From Clavelina lepadiformis (taxonomy: Eukaryota), in the NCBI RefSeq assembly GCF_947623445.1, contig NC_135248.1:2662977-2726976 (forward strand): a stretch of DNA of 64,000 bases. The letters are read 5' to 3'. How positions within the stretch are numbered: position 1 is the first letter of the stretch; each line of letters opens with the position of its first letter. A model generated the notes under the pieces. That model was not told the DNA's origin. It saw only the letters and a program-made list of their open reading frames with translations, and did no database searches. The translations under genes and the position numbers were made by a program. Below, in pieces: positions 49,321 through 63,071 of the stretch.

Positions 49321-49736
49321 TGTGACGATTACGTCACGAATCACGAGTTGTTTTTGACATGTTTGGAATTTAATTTGGGATATTGGAATTCATTTGTTTA
49401 CCAGAGTTGAGTTTTCCTTAATGACGTCAGATAATTTCCTCGCTTGAACTAGCTTGCCACATATATATATACTGTTGTAATGTTTACGATCTTCCCTTTT
49501 CCCTTTTACCGTTTCACGTGTTACTGAGCGCGATGTAACATTCAGCAAGATTCGCCCGAAGGCAAAAGCCTTCGTGTCCTATAATAAACAAAATGAGACT
49601 TTATAATTTAGTAATGTACATAGACAGAATTTAAGAAGCAAACAGCATTATCAAACCGTTCAAGAAATGACAACCATCTCATCGAGTGAGCAGAAAAACA
49701 AGATATCAATTCAACCATCATCGATTTCTTTGTCAT
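49321..49736. repeat. 3' terminal direct repeat (LTR-like).
   Basis: See 48259-48675. ORF-track entries 48127-48348 and 49222-49410 share the identical tail ...DDYVTNHELFLTCLEFNLGYWNSFVYQS because they read through this repeat. Confidence 0.6.
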
Positions 49737-51325
49737 ACACCAATACTCGAGTTGACCATAGTAGGCTATTTTAAGCGATGGTGTCGAAGTATTTGTCTTT
49801 AAGTTGAAAAGTCTTTGCATCACCGCAGGAGTTCCATTTATAGAGCTTGTCCACGAATCCACGTGCTCAACAGCCTGTTGCAACGATAAACTGGAATGTA
49901 GATGCTGGGTTTTTGGACATCAAACTTGGACCACATAGTAAGGAGGCAGACACTCAAGCCAACGACTTTATAAAGCAAAAAGCATGGACGTCATTCTAAT
50001 TGCAATCACAACCTAGGAAGAACTAAACCACGAGAAAAACAAGTGTAGCTCGAACAGGTCTATGTAACGATTTGTCTCAGACATCAAAGAATTGACACTG
50101 AACCACAAGCCAGTACCTTTTCTACGGCATTTGATCTTATTTCTGCGTGGTTTCTATTGTTGTTTCTGTTATTTTACCTACCATCTAATCTATATTTAAC
50201 TTTAATTAAACTTTAAATGGCTAAAATCAATTTATTGTATACCTAATCTCCTAACAAAACCCCCCCTATCTTTATCAACAAACTGCGTAACATTTTCAGT
50301 GAAATAAACACTTTCATTCATTAACTGGCAGTGTAAGAGCATCAGGCTGCAAATTTTAACAGTAGAGTTTAGACTTTTCAATGTAATTGCTGTAAGCAGT
50401 TTGGTAATATGTCCACTTATTGCAGAATTGATGCAATTGGATTGTTAGAATGTCTTGTTGCTTTGTCAAACGGGAAGTCTAATTATGTTACTCCCTACGT
50501 CATACATTAACTCACAGAGGCTTGACCATTTGACTGAAGACGTTTACATATCATTGTTTTATTAATTTATAAGTAATAGTTGCAGGAAAATTCAATCTCA
50601 TAATCCCTTAGTATTTGTAGGACAAAAACTAAGGTTCCGATATAGCGCAAATAAATTTCATTTTGGGTAGAGCTTGTAGAAAGCCTTTCATCAGTCGCAA
50701 CGAATTTTCGTCTTGGTTGTTTTAAGCGTTTCGTTTGGACTTTTCCATTTTCTCCAAATAATGCTTTCACCAAAAACTCCAGAACGAAGCCAGACTCCGA
50801 TCAATGCAGAGTAAAAGCAGTTATTGAACCACCTGCCTCCACTTCCACCGCCGTAATTCGTTGCACAGTTTAAATTACTGCAAACGCAGTATAACTTGAA
50901 AACAGCCTGTAACAGGTCTACAGTTTACCATTTGTATTACGTTAATAACATAATATAACTTACAAAATATTTTATTTCAATTTATTGTAGGCCTATAGTA
51001 ATATATAGCTATGAGATTCTGTAAAACTAAAAAGTTGAACGCAGTTTTCCTGTCACATGTTGTTCTAATGGTCCCTATCTGGCGTAGAAAAAGAATGACC
51101 GTTGTGTCAATGAATTAAATTACCCCTGTATTTCACTATAACTATTTATACGAAAGCAGCAGCAGAATGTTCTGAAGTTTAACAATGATAAAATAGGAGC
51201 TATCGTAAAACAATTTTTGAGAAAAACTTATTAACTTTATCGCCCAGCAAAAGTTTCTTGCTTTAGCACAGATAATTAGCAAAACCCATGAACGTCTATA
51301 AAGTTTAAACGGCAACGCTCTATAG

Positions 51326-51637
51326 CAGTGATTCCCAACCGCGGCTCCAAGCTAGCCTTCTTGCGGCTCTCATTGACCCCTGAAAGTCCCACAAAAAATA
51401 TAAAAATCTTCTTATAATAATTAGGGCAATTACTTTTTGACTTGTCAAAAAAAAGTCAAAAATTGGTCAAAATTTGTGTGATTTGTGTTATTTTTCTTGT
51501 TAGTGTTGCTATTCGTTGGGACATGCTTTCATGCTTTAAAATTTTCGTTATAATTATTTGAGTGTTTTCATGCGGCTCCATACGCACTCTGAAGTTTGAA
51601 ATTCGGCTCCGACACCAAAAGAGGTTGGGAACCACTG
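51326..51637. mobile_element. hAT-like MITE (312 bp). Its termini are related to those of the element at 4232-4719.
   Basis: TIRs CAGTGATTCCCAACC and GGTTGGGAACCACTG (14 of 15 positions match). Perfect 8-bp TSD CTCTATAG at 51318-51325 and 51638-51645. Internal GCGGCTCC repeats. Confidence 0.65.
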
Positions 51638-52507
51638 CTCTATAGGGTTTGTGTTGACGTCCTAATGTTGCATGTCTGCCGCACTCCATGCTGGCTTCGC
51701 TCGCTATTGCGAGACACTCGGTTTAGTTATTTATTTAGTCTTTATATTTATAAGATATCCATGACTTCACCTTGGCAAACAAATGCGCACATGCTATTCT
51801 GCATACGACCTGTGCACAAAAACAAAACTTCTTACTTATATTGATGATTGGCTGGTTGCAAAACATTATGAGCGTGTTGTTGAACAATGCTGGCCTAGGG
51901 CTAGAAATCCGTGATCTTAAATAAGGGTTCTTCGGCAATTATATCCAGAAAAAAGTTACGAGCGAGCGTACCGGCAATTGTGTTCAACGACTGATGAATA
52001 CCGTAGTTTGCCTGCGAACTGCTCTGCTATAGGCTATACAGCTTTTTATGTTTGTGTTAGTCTATGTATTGTCACTACAGGGAAGGGATTGAGCTATGAA
52101 AATCAAGTTACAAACCTTTGGACCTAAACCTCATATTGGAAAGTGTCACTCACGACCCACAGTAGCACAAGACTTGCACCAAGCCAAGTTTTGTTACGTT
52201 CACGACAATTTCTGTAGTTATAATAAATAAACAAAGCAAAGTTGGTTATTTGAACACTAATTTATACAAACAAACTAAGAATTAAGGCTTTTGTGATCAT
52301 TGTTAAAAAAATTGTGTCTTTGCATGCATGATTTCACATAAAAAACTGTTACACATTCCAATCAAGTAGGGTATAATACTATGTTGCATACTTGTGGTAT
52401 TCAAACTACCTAAATCATAGCTTTATTGCTCACTGCATTATGGTTAATATAAGTCCTCTGAGGCAAGATCTAAGATTAGGTTATATAGCTATGTATAGGC
52501 TAATGTT

Positions 52508-54564
52508 TTGCTATACATAGTATCACTGACATTGTGTTCGAGTATGGGAAAAGATGCTGAAAGCCTTTATTCTTCTATGACGCATATACAACAATACATA
52601 ACGAAATATGGAGAATTGGGCAATGCTCATATGGTGGAATATTTCACTAAGGATCACTGGAATAATCTCTTGCCACAGGATCTGAGAACTGACTTAATGA
52701 AACTCAGTGTGGATCAATTATACACTTTGCCACTTGAGCTGAGTTGCAGTAATGTTAAAAACTTTGAAAAAGATCCAAAAGCAACTGTATCTATAGGGAA
52801 AACTTTATTAAGTTTCATTCAAGAATCTAAAGTTTGTCACTTGGGAGCACAGGATATTTTGACGAACATAAATGACCTGAAATCAGCATTGAATTACACG
52901 CGTACTGGGCAAATGGACAAGCAACTGGCAAATGTGAAGTCAAAAGAATATATGTGCCAAAAGAAAGCACACGAAATCACAGAAATGTCACCAGTGATAG
53001 ATGCCCTGTGCTGTCACTGCAACACATCAAAAGTGTTGGATGTTGGCTCAGGTAGAGGCTACTTGAGCACTTTCTTGTCCTTGCGATATCAATTAGATGT
53101 GACTGCTGTTGATTGCACTGAAAATAACACAATTAGTGCCAGTCTCCGAGCAGAGAAATTTTTTAAGTACTGGAATAAGCGTTTAAGTGGAAAGAAAAAT
53201 ATATCACAGGCCTCTGTGACTGAAGTAACCACCAGTCAAAGACCATCTGCCGCAGTGCCCAGTTTCAAATCAGCTTACGTCTCTTGTGACACTGAACTAG
53301 TTGATTTACAACCATCGGATACTGACATAACACACGGATGCGTCATTGTTGGACTTCACACGTGTGGAGATTTAGCGTCAACAATCACCGAACTGTTTGT
53401 GAAACATTCGTTCATCAAAGGCTTATGTGTTGTTGGTTGTTGCTATCATCACCTTACCGAAAAGTATGATCAGACTGAGCACGAAAGAGGTATAGATGCA
53501 TTATGATGATATACAGACATATCCTATACATTATGAGTGTATTGTGTATGTATCTTTTAGTTAAACATATTTCTGAAACAGTAAACACCATATGCACATA
53601 CATAGATCAAAACCCATCTTAAAATTGACATAGTTGTGTCACAGGAGGTTACATGCTTTTATATGTCAAACTTTTTACGTCATAGTTTTTTTAGTTGTGA
53701 TGTTGGGTTAATGGGTTGTACCAATAATATCAAATACCTCCCAAAACAATATGATATTTCTCAACTAAACATACTAACAATATACATGTGTAAATATTTT
53801 ATATATATATACTGGAATATAAGTAATATTTACCATGTTATTTCAGTTGGCTTTCCACTTTCGTCTTACTTGAAAAATCAGCATGTGCATTTGGGGAGAA
53901 ATATACGAATGGTTGGTTTAAAAGCACCGGAAAAAGTGGCCGTGTCGGATATTGCTCAAATGAGTAACAGTTCTGAAAGGTTAACATTGATTTTTTATTA
54001 CGTACAAAAACTTAAGTACCTTACCGTCTTTTGCCACTTCTACTGTATTTAAATAATGTTACTTTTATGTTTTGCGTGAAAATGTAATTTTTGCTTTCTT
54101 CACATAATGTGACATTTTAAGTCTTTTATAACCGATGTGTTTATTGTTTATCTGATAGGTCACTCTTTTATCGAGCAATTTTAACAGTGATTTTGCAAGA
54201 AGAGTTTCTAATGGATATTAGTCGTAAAGATATTTGCATTGGAAAAGTCTTTTCAAAATCAAAAAGCTTCATTGATTATGTACAACGCTCAGTAAAAAAG
54301 CTCAACCTTAACTGTGACAAGCTAAGTGATGAGAGAATAATGGATTACTTACACAAATTCCAACCTCGTTTTAAAGAGATCATCGCCTTCGCCATGATGA
54401 GACAATTTTTGGCGCCTGCTATTGAAGCATTGATTGTTCTTGACAAACTTTGTTACTTATTGGAAAGTGCCGAGTCCTTCAATATTTCGCAGTGTCATGT
54501 TTCTGAAATTTTCAATCCTATAAAATCTCCACGAAGATATGCAATTGTTGCTTTCAAATCGTAG
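52508..54564 (+). CDS. METTL25: METTL25-like (Methyltransf_32-type) putative methyltransferase in 3 coding exons: 52508-53489, 53847-53979, 54159-54564. The true start may be an internal Met such as MGKDAESL... or MTHIQQY....
   Basis: Motifs VLDVGSGRGYLSTFLSLRY, GLHTCGDLAS and VGCCYHHLTE, then GFPLSSYLKNQHVHLGRNIRM and SLFYRAILTVILQEEFLMDISRKDICIGKVFSKSKSFIDYVQRSVKKL. These resemble human METTL25 (C12orf26), recalled from memory. The junctions phase correctly (G|GTATAG with ag|TT..., AG|GTTAAC with ag|GTCACTC). Confidence 0.65.
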
Positions 54565-55070
54565 CAGTATCTGTTTTTCATTGCACAATTGAACATGTTT
54601 ATCTTCGCGCCCAATACAGTATATTAACTTCATCAAAGGAGTATGCTTAGCACAGAAACAAAACCAACACTATTGGAATAAACTATCACTATAACGAAAT
54701 AAGACCACGATCACTAAGTACGGTAAAATTAGAAAACTTATTGCTTTTGATGGAATTATTTTGGCAATTTTGAACTTATTACAGTGATGATGTTGTTCTG
54801 TCAATGATATAAGAAAATGTTGCTATTATTGTTTATTCTGCAAGTTATGTCCTGACGCCATTATTTATATTTTATCTTTTTACTGATTTTACCGATTTGA
54901 TTCATTATCACTGAAATATTTATCATACATATGGTTTAAGACTATGTTGAAAGTTGATTTTAAATTTTCGTCACAGTTTTTACAACATTTTTAATGATAC
55001 GTTTTGTGATGTGCTACTGAGCTAAATATATGATGATGTTTTGATCATATACCTCCTATGGTATTGTGCA

Positions 55071-57540
55071 ATGAAGATTGTCACTTGGAATATAAATGGT
55101 ATTCGGGCAACCAAAAAATCATTTAAAGAGATTTTAGAAAAGACAAATGCAGATGTGCTCTGTTTGCAAGAGACGAAGATAACAAGTTTGTTTGTCTTTT
55201 CTATCAATTTGTATAACACAGATTTCCTGTTCATAAACACGGTTTAACTTTTCAATACCGGTTAAGTTAGATATGTGTAGGAAATGAAATCACAGTGAAC
55301 TTATTGCCATTTGTGAACGCTCATATCATATTTAGGAGATCAGCTTGAAAGTGAAATAGCCATAATTGATGGATACAACTCCTATTTTAGCTTTTCCGAA
55401 GTTCGATCTGGTTATTCTGGTAAGAACATGTATTTCAATATCTTGCCAGATCAATATTTCACCTGGAGCAAACACTTGTGTTGCTTACCATAGGAGTCGC
55501 AGTCTATTGCAAAGATATTTACACCCCCATATCAGCCCAAGCTGGATTAAGTAACCTTTATGAATCAAAATCTGGCAAAGGAGCAGTCGGGTGCTATGGA
55601 AAATTAACCACAATATTCACACAAGATCGCTTAAAGGACCTTGACAGGGAAGGGAGAACGCTTATTACACAGTTTGAATTAAGGTTCGTATGTGATGTTT
55701 TAACCAATAAAAAGTGTTTGCAAAATCAATTAACACAAATATTGATGAGATAGAGGTTAAAGCTGTAATAAATTGGTAAACATCATGGACATGAATTATA
55801 CCATCAACTTTTCTCCATTCTTTGTATTGTTTTGATTTGGCAAAGTATTTGTTTTTGAACAAATCTCATTACGAATTTCTTGACATATCACATAAGGAGT
55901 TCCAAGAATGAAACCTGCAAACTGACTCTGATCAATGTTTATTGCCCAAGAGCTGATCCAGAGAAGGAAGAGCGTAAAATCTTCAAACTCGACTTTTACA
56001 AAGCATTGGAAGAAAGAGCAAAAGCTCTGATTGAAAGTGGCAGGTTTGTCATCTTTGTCTTAATCTTAAGGCAAGAACAATGGTTCTATAGTGACAATTG
56101 AGAAATATTCACATTTTTGCAGCTTTGTGTGCATTGTTGGTGATATTAACACTTCTCACAAAGAAATTGATCACTGTGATCCAAATGACCCGGTAAGTGC
56201 CTCAATAATATGCTTAATCGAAATAAACAGAGCAATACAATACAATAAGCTCATTTATGATTCAGTGAGATGGGCCAGACAAATTAATCTTCCAGGGCTT
56301 AGTTTGGTAACCCCTGAGGTACAGTAAAGCAGAGGTGAATTCAACGCACCATTTTTCTTCAAAATGATTCTAAATTAAAAGACGTGCTTTATGGCTACGT
56401 TTTTTGTTTGGAGTCAACAAAATGGACGATCACTTACCAGAAAATATTGTAATTATTTGATGCTGTGTTAATTACTTTGCCTATGTACTTATTTTGCCTC
56501 TGCAAGTTGCAGCGAACCAGTTGGTTTCTTTGGGATTTGAAAGAAATCCAATAACTTTTTGTTGACCTGAAATTAGAACTTTGAATAGGTTGTATATAAC
56601 TTGCAATAAAACTATACTTTTCTACCAAGTTTTGTTGTTGCAGATTGTCTTCTATGATAATCCATGCCGGGTGTGGTTGGATTCTTTTCTATATAAAAAT
56701 GGTGACTACAAAGACATAGCGGCAGAAGTATCAGACACACGTAATCAGATTCTTGGACTGTTTGTTGATTCATTTCGATACTTTTATCCAAACAAACAGA
56801 ACATGTTTACATGTTGGTGTACTACAAGCAGAGCACGTGAAACTAATTATGGCACCAGGATCGATTACATTTTCTGCGACACAAAATTAGTTCCAAGATT
56901 AAAATCATGTGAAATACTGACTGAGGTTTACGGCTCTGACCATTGTCCAGTTGAAGCTGATGTTGAAGCAGAAGTAGTTGGAGCTAAAATCTGTCCAGTC
57001 CTCTGTAGTTGTTACATGCCTGAATTCGCTGGTAGACAGCGGAAAATATCACATTTTGTCCAGAAAATGCAAACGGTACCTTCAAAAACCTCTACTTCAG
57101 AGACAAGCTTAACTAAAAAGCGTTTGCTTAATGAAAGCCGTCCTGTCGGTAATCTCAAAAATGTAAAGAAGAGAAAAACTGGACAGTCAACATTGACAAG
57201 TTTCATAAAAAATAAAGAAGTTAATAGCACCAAAAACAATAAAGTTGAAGAGAAAGTTGTGCCAGCTATGCATAAATCAGATGTTAAACCTTCGAACACA
57301 AATTCAAAAGTTGGAAAACCCAGTGATTCAAAAGCATCACAGTTTTGGAAATCAGTTTTGAAGGGACCTGAACCACCACCATTGTGTGCAGGCCACAGTG
57401 AGCCATCTGTTTTGCGTACTGTAAAAAAGGACGGGCCTAATCTAGGGCAAAAGTTTTACTGTTGTGGAAGGCCTGATGGCCATTCTTCAAACCCAGAAGC
57501 AAGATGTCAATTTTTTGTGTGGGTAAAGAACAAAAAATAA
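55071..57540 (+). CDS. APEX2: APEX2-like AP endonuclease 2 in 6 exons. ExoIII-family nuclease domain plus a C-terminal GRF-type zinc finger.
   Basis: Exons at 55071-55185, 55336-55419, 55494-55683, 55897-56043, 56123-56192 and 56644-57540. Matches to human APEX2, recalled from memory: MKIVTWNINGIRAT...LCLQETKIT; DGYNSYFSFSEVRSGYSG; TLINVYCP; VGDINTSH; GSDHCPVEA; LPEFAG; C-terminal CAGHSEPSVLRTVKKDGPNLGQKFYCCGRP...CQFFVW GRF zinc finger. Stop TAA at 57538. Confidence 0.8.
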
Positions 57541-57804
57541 AGAAGAAAATGCATCAAATTACTTTTCTGTCATCGTAGATAATTGACATGGTGTTACTAT
57601 AAATAAAATTAAAGTTTTCTGCACACTTTACTGTTTTATTGATTATGACCATAAAGGCTGAATTTGGTTAGTGCAAAAAAGGTGTAGTTTGTTATGTAAT
57701 TATGACATTTTCCAATTATCACTGTATTCCCCCTTTTTTCAGTGCTGACTTGTAGGTTAGGTGACCTTTCTGGCAGGTCAACAAATCAAATTTAATTTAG
57801 ACAA

Positions 57805-60800
57805 ATGGAGAAGCAGTATTTTGAAGTATGGGATTATGTGATATTTTCAGTTTGTCTTCTAAGTTCACTTGCTATCGGAATATACCATGCTTTTGCAGGC
57901 GGCCAACAAACCACCACCAACGAATTTCTTATGGCAGATAGGTATGTCTCCCTTCTGCTAACTTGTTTGAAATGTGAAAATATTTCATGTTAATCCAAAT
58001 TTACTTTACATCACAGGAGAATGAACTACGCCCCGGTGTCACTTTCGCTTCTGGTAACTATTATGTCCGCTATCACTGTTCTTGGGGTACCATCTGAAGT
58101 ATTTCAACACGGCACAAGCTACGGAATGTTTTCATTTTCTTATTTCATTTTCATTCCGATTGTTGCACATGGATTAGTCCCTGTCTTCTACGACATGAAA
58201 ATTACATCCGTCTATGAAGTTAGTTCCTACCTTTGTTGAATAGGACATTATTTTTATGCTTATTCCTGTTAATGATGTTTTTCCTTATCGGTAAAAGATT
58301 TTAAAGATAACCTCTTTTTAATAGTATCTTGGCCGTCGTTTCTCAAGGGTTGTTCGCCTCTGTGCGACGGTGGCTTATATGGTGATGATGATTACATATA
58401 TGGGAGTTGTGCTTTACACGCCTGCCCTGGCTATAAATGCAGGTTTGTGTGGTTTGCTGTCGTATATATTTTCTCTACGTAACAAATTTATGTTTTTTAC
58501 AAGATCACCATGCAATGAAAAATAGAAATTCTAATGCTGGGTTCTGTTTCTTCATTGCAGTTACGGACTTAAATGTGTGGGTATCAGTAGTTGGACTTTG
58601 TGTAATATGCACCATCTACACAGGACTGGGTGGGCTGAAGGCAGTAATATGGACTGACGTGTTTCAGGTATCATGCCAAATTGTCATGTGTTGCATTATA
58701 AGAATTGCTTTTTGTTGAGAAATGGGTGTTTTACTGATAGATGATATCACTGACATTAATTGTTATTACTGCATATTGGCTTAGCTTATGGTTACCCATT
58801 TACAGCTAGATCATTTATTTTTAAGGCAATTGTGATGCTGCTGGCACAGATAGTTGTAATCTTTATTGGGAGCAGTAAATCAGGCGGTTTCAGCACCATC
58901 TTCAAGCTAGCTGCGGAATCTGGGAAACTAGCACCCCTGAAGCAAGTATTGTTGTATATGGTAATGGAATTATATACCATTATACCTATGCCATTGGGTT
59001 TCTTCACATGCCATGCATTGCATGTTCATTAAGTGACATTTCTTATCTTATGACACAACAGCAGATTTAATGACCCTTTTTTGCAGTTTTAACCCATCGC
59101 CTCTGGTCGCCCATACATTTTGGGCCCTGACTTTCGGTGGTACGTTTTTATGCATGGGAATATATGGCGTAAACCAGACAGCCGTGCAACGAGTAATTAG
59201 CTGCAAATCTAAAAGACACGCTCAAATGTAGGCAAACTTGACATGACTTTTCATCTTGAAGAATCTTTTTTTTCCAGCTGATACTGTTGGTTGAAGCTTT
59301 GCACATAATATTACGCATATAAGTTTTTACTTCATTTGTGGTAGTTGCTCCTGATACTTTTATACAATTTTTCCCAGCACTGTTTACCTCAACTTCCCCC
59401 TACTCCAGCTAGTGATGGTCATTGCCTGTGTCCTGGGTTTGGTGATGTTTGCAGAGTACAGGTGCAACAACCCGCTTGCGTACGGTGCTAAATCAGATCA
59501 ACTTCTTCTGTACTACGTCATGAATGTGTTGGGTGATTATCCTGGGATTCCTGGACTCTTCGTTGCGTGTCTCTTTTGTGCATCATTGAGGTGAACTGGA
59601 AATTTTCTGAAATTGCTTTCTACACTACACTTTCTACTTTTCACACTGTGTTGTATGATACAATCAATGGCAGCTTGTTAACTCAACTCTGTATTACTCC
59701 AATCAGCCATTGGTCTTCCCTAAACTCTTGCATGATAATATCGTTAATGCTACACCGATTTTGGAAAACTTGAAGTAATTTAATTGATCCGTTTAGCTTC
59801 CAGTTAACGAAGAGAATGAGCTTCCATTGTTTTCATTTATCTCAGACGTGGTCTTCAATCTTAAACTCATTTATACTTTGCAGCACCATTTCATCCTGCT
59901 TTAGTTCATTGTCAACCGTGGCATTAAGGGACATCATCCAGCCCAATATTAACCTCTCAGACCGGTAATGTTTGTTCCTAGTTATCTAACTAAAAATCGC
60001 TATCATTTGAAGACAGATTGCATATTGCAAGTTAATAGGTCATAAATAACTAAGTAAATAGTAAGTACAGTAGTAGAATTTTGTAAAATAATGCATAATA
60101 GAGGGTTGGAAGTAACAAGTTCTTTCTCATCACGTACTGTACATGGTCATTATATTTGCTTAGGGCTGCAACGTTTCTTTCCAAATGTCTCATTCTCTTT
60201 TTTGGTTTATTGTGTTTCTTGATGGCGCTTGTTGCTTCACAGCTGGACAGTGTTTTGAAAGCTGCATTGAGCATTCTTGGGATTATGGGTGGTAAGGGTA
60301 GTGTTTTAAACTGTGATTATCAAAGCTATGTTTTTTTTACACATGGTAAAACATGATAAAATACATTTTAACATAATAATGGTCTGCACAAGCAGACAGT
60401 TCAAAAGGTTTCCTAAGTAAACCATGCTGAATGCTTTTGCTGAAGTTGTTGTCTGTATCGTGGTCTTGCTGTACAACAGGACCAATGCTAAGCCTCTTTA
60501 TTCTTGGAATGTTTTGTCGTTACATTAATTCGACCGGAGCATTGAGTGGATTTCTGGTATCAAGTGCTATTGCATTCTGGATAGGCTTTGGTGGTCTTGC
60601 CTACAGGATGGGTGTCCCAAGGATGCCTTCACCACCTATTCTTGACCATGTAAGAAATAAACTGAAGAAGTTAATTGTTCCAAACTTTTTTGTTAGTTAT
60701 TTGTAAACAAATTTACTGGTATAGACCGGTTTATAACTCTTGCTTTTGAACCTGTCTTGTATGCTTATCTAGTGAAGTTGTAAGATGCGCTGGCGACACT

Positions 60801-61543
60801 ATTACTCTCACTGTATCTTGGTATAATTATAGCGCCGAATTACTTGTAATGTGGTAGCTTTACAGTGAAAGTAAAACTTAATTCCATAACTTTTTAGAGT
60901 TGTGCACCTTTGACAAATTACACGAGCACAGTGACATCTGCTATCGTTGACCAAACAACTGATGCTGATTTATTGGTAAAATTATTTCCTACGACTTTTA
61001 CGTTTATGTTTTATTGACTCCCTTCTGTGATACGTTTATGTAAATTTCAGCATTCACTTACGATTCATGATTTTTTTAGTTGGTTATGTAATAACTGACT
61101 GTACTATTATAGCTACTTCTAATGTGACATGTGTTGGGTATTTGCAGGTGCCTGCAGTCAATACGTACTACGATGGAATCAACATTGTGTATAAATTGTC
61201 TTACATGTGGTACAGTGGCATGAGTGTGCTTGTCTCCTTTGTGGTGGCATCGTTTGTGTCATTGGTGACAGGTATTTTGTCGATTTCAATTTCGTGATAT
61301 TAACCTGTGTCTTTCTGTAACTACCAACCAAGTATAATTTATTGAAAATTTTGCAATGAATACAAAATCTCGTAATTAGAAACCTATTTTCAACACAAAG
61401 GTCGCGAAGAAATCCTTGATGAAGAAGCCTTGCATCCCCTTTTTCGTGCCGGTGGTTACTTTGGCCCAAAGACAAATCAACCAAACAAGGAGGAATTGAT
61501 ATCTTTAGAAACAAAAATATCAACTCCTGGTATTACAACATGA
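57805..61543 (+). CDS. SLC5-family sodium:solute symporter (SLC5A8 / SLC5A6-like) in 13 exons.
   Basis: Exons at 57805-57941, 58010-58218, 58325-58442, 58561-58667, 58826-58945, 59087-59227, 59378-59590, 59884-59964, 60164-60291, 60480-60649, 60898-60975, 61148-61271 and 61401-61543. Colinear with the human SMCT1 pattern, recalled from memory: ...YLGRRFS...; [11 protein letters not shown]; [25 protein letters not shown]; [16 protein letters not shown]; [22 protein letters not shown]; [28 protein letters not shown]. Stop TGA at ~61541. Confidence 0.75.
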
Positions 61544-62870
61544 GTGTCAAACATTTGGTACCATCTAATGTGCAGCTTTGATTTTGTAAAGCCTTCCATT
61601 AAACATTACTGTGATTTAGAAGTTCCACTTGTTACTTTCCTAAATTATGTACACCATGCATTCTGCGTTCCGGCTAATTGTGCATTATCCGCTACAGAAG
61701 TTCAAAAAATACCATCTAAATCTAGGTTATATATACACCATTACACATTATTGAGCCAAAGCAACCTATATGCTTGCTAATTGTTTTTCTACCTTTCTAT
61801 TGTGCCTCATTACCTAACCTTGTGTTGCTTTTTTGTTTACCTTAAATGTGTGTTGATGCTGTGAGTGCTACACATCAGAGGTACTTATAACCTTGAAAGA
61901 CGTGAACACTGTATAAAGTTGTGCAGCCTAATGAAGTCTGGCAGTCATACCTCGGAGAAAAAACTACTGATGTTTATAAAAGATAATTGTTTATCTGTTG
62001 TGTTGGTAATGAAATACATTACGCTAAAACTGAGCGGTCTTGTAATATGGTGCTCACTGGTTGAAACCTCTCTGCATTTTACTACTTTTAACAAGTTACG
62101 TTCAGCATACATAACAAAACTGCTGCACTGTCACAGCTGTGTTGTATACTAAAAATGCAACTCAATTTTATGAGAGTTTTGTAACAAACTCTGCCTATTC
62201 ATGTGATGAAGTTATTTTTTGACATTCCTATTAATCTGTTTTTAAGGAGATTTCAGGGACCAAAACGGTCTTAAATTTCATACTTTTGCATTGACATTAA
62301 ACAGCTAGTCTTTAAAGTTGCGGTCGCCAAACCTTAAAAACACTGCACATAATGATCCTGCCCAGAATTTTAGTAATTCAGCAGTTGCAAATTAAAATTT
62401 CATCAAGTTGCATGGAGCGCATATAGTACGGCCGATTGTAAAAACCAAAAAAAAAACTCAAATTTCCTCAAAGAAATAAGCGCAAGTGACAAACATTGAA
62501 TATGATGTGGAATATTTTTAATAGTATGATTAATACCAGATTCTAAACAAGTTCGCAATAGATAATATGCAAAACCAGGGCACAGAAGATATAGTGGTTA
62601 GCTAAAAGAGCTTCAAAAAAACCATGACAGTATGAGTGAAATCATAAAAACAGTTTGCAGCAAAATGGTACAATTACCTAACATCAACATTAACGGCTGC
62701 TGTTAGCCAATAACTAGCATTGGCATAGGCAATGTCACAAAATGAATACAACAAATGGTTTACATGCAAACCAGTCAAATACTTGAGTTCAAATACCTCA
62801 GTTCCAGAACACAATAAAACTACTTAGATTTTAAGCATTTTTCAAGTTGAAAGATTGAAATTCATGATGC

Positions 62871-63071
62871 TCACACATTAAAAATATAAGATCCTAGTTG
62901 TGGGGACAATTTACAGCAAATAACTGACGTAATAGATGTTGAATACTCGCTGCACATTTTCTTAAAACAATTAATTAATATTCCATATTCTCTGGTGGCT
63001 GCTTTAACTTTTGGTAAGACCTTTCTGTCATAAGGCGACGAATTTCTTTTAAAAGTGATTTCATTGTGCAA
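62871..63071 (-). other. Unassigned minus-strand ORF (66 aa). No recognisable domain. Possibly an exon of a gene extending beyond the window.
   Basis: Taken from the ORF track only. No splice-site or homology support found. Confidence 0.1.

Larger units (their letters stand above)
48259..49736. mobile_element. TRIM-like non-autonomous LTR retroelement. Two ~417-bp direct terminal repeats flank a ~645-bp non-coding core.
   Basis: Both repeats begin TGTGACGATTACGTCACG... and end ...TTTGTCA (TG...CA). A purine-rich tract GGGTAGGAAGG abuts the 3' repeat. A PBS-like tggtgccctgataag follows the 5' repeat. The flanks cacacc and tacacc are a near-identical 6-bp target-site duplication. Confidence 0.55.

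Noticed and set aside
48127-49410. ORFs 48127-48348 and 49222-49410 with an identical C-terminal 28 aa.
   Set aside because: The identity is caused by both ORFs running into the two copies of the LTR-like direct repeat. They are not a duplicated protein-coding gene.
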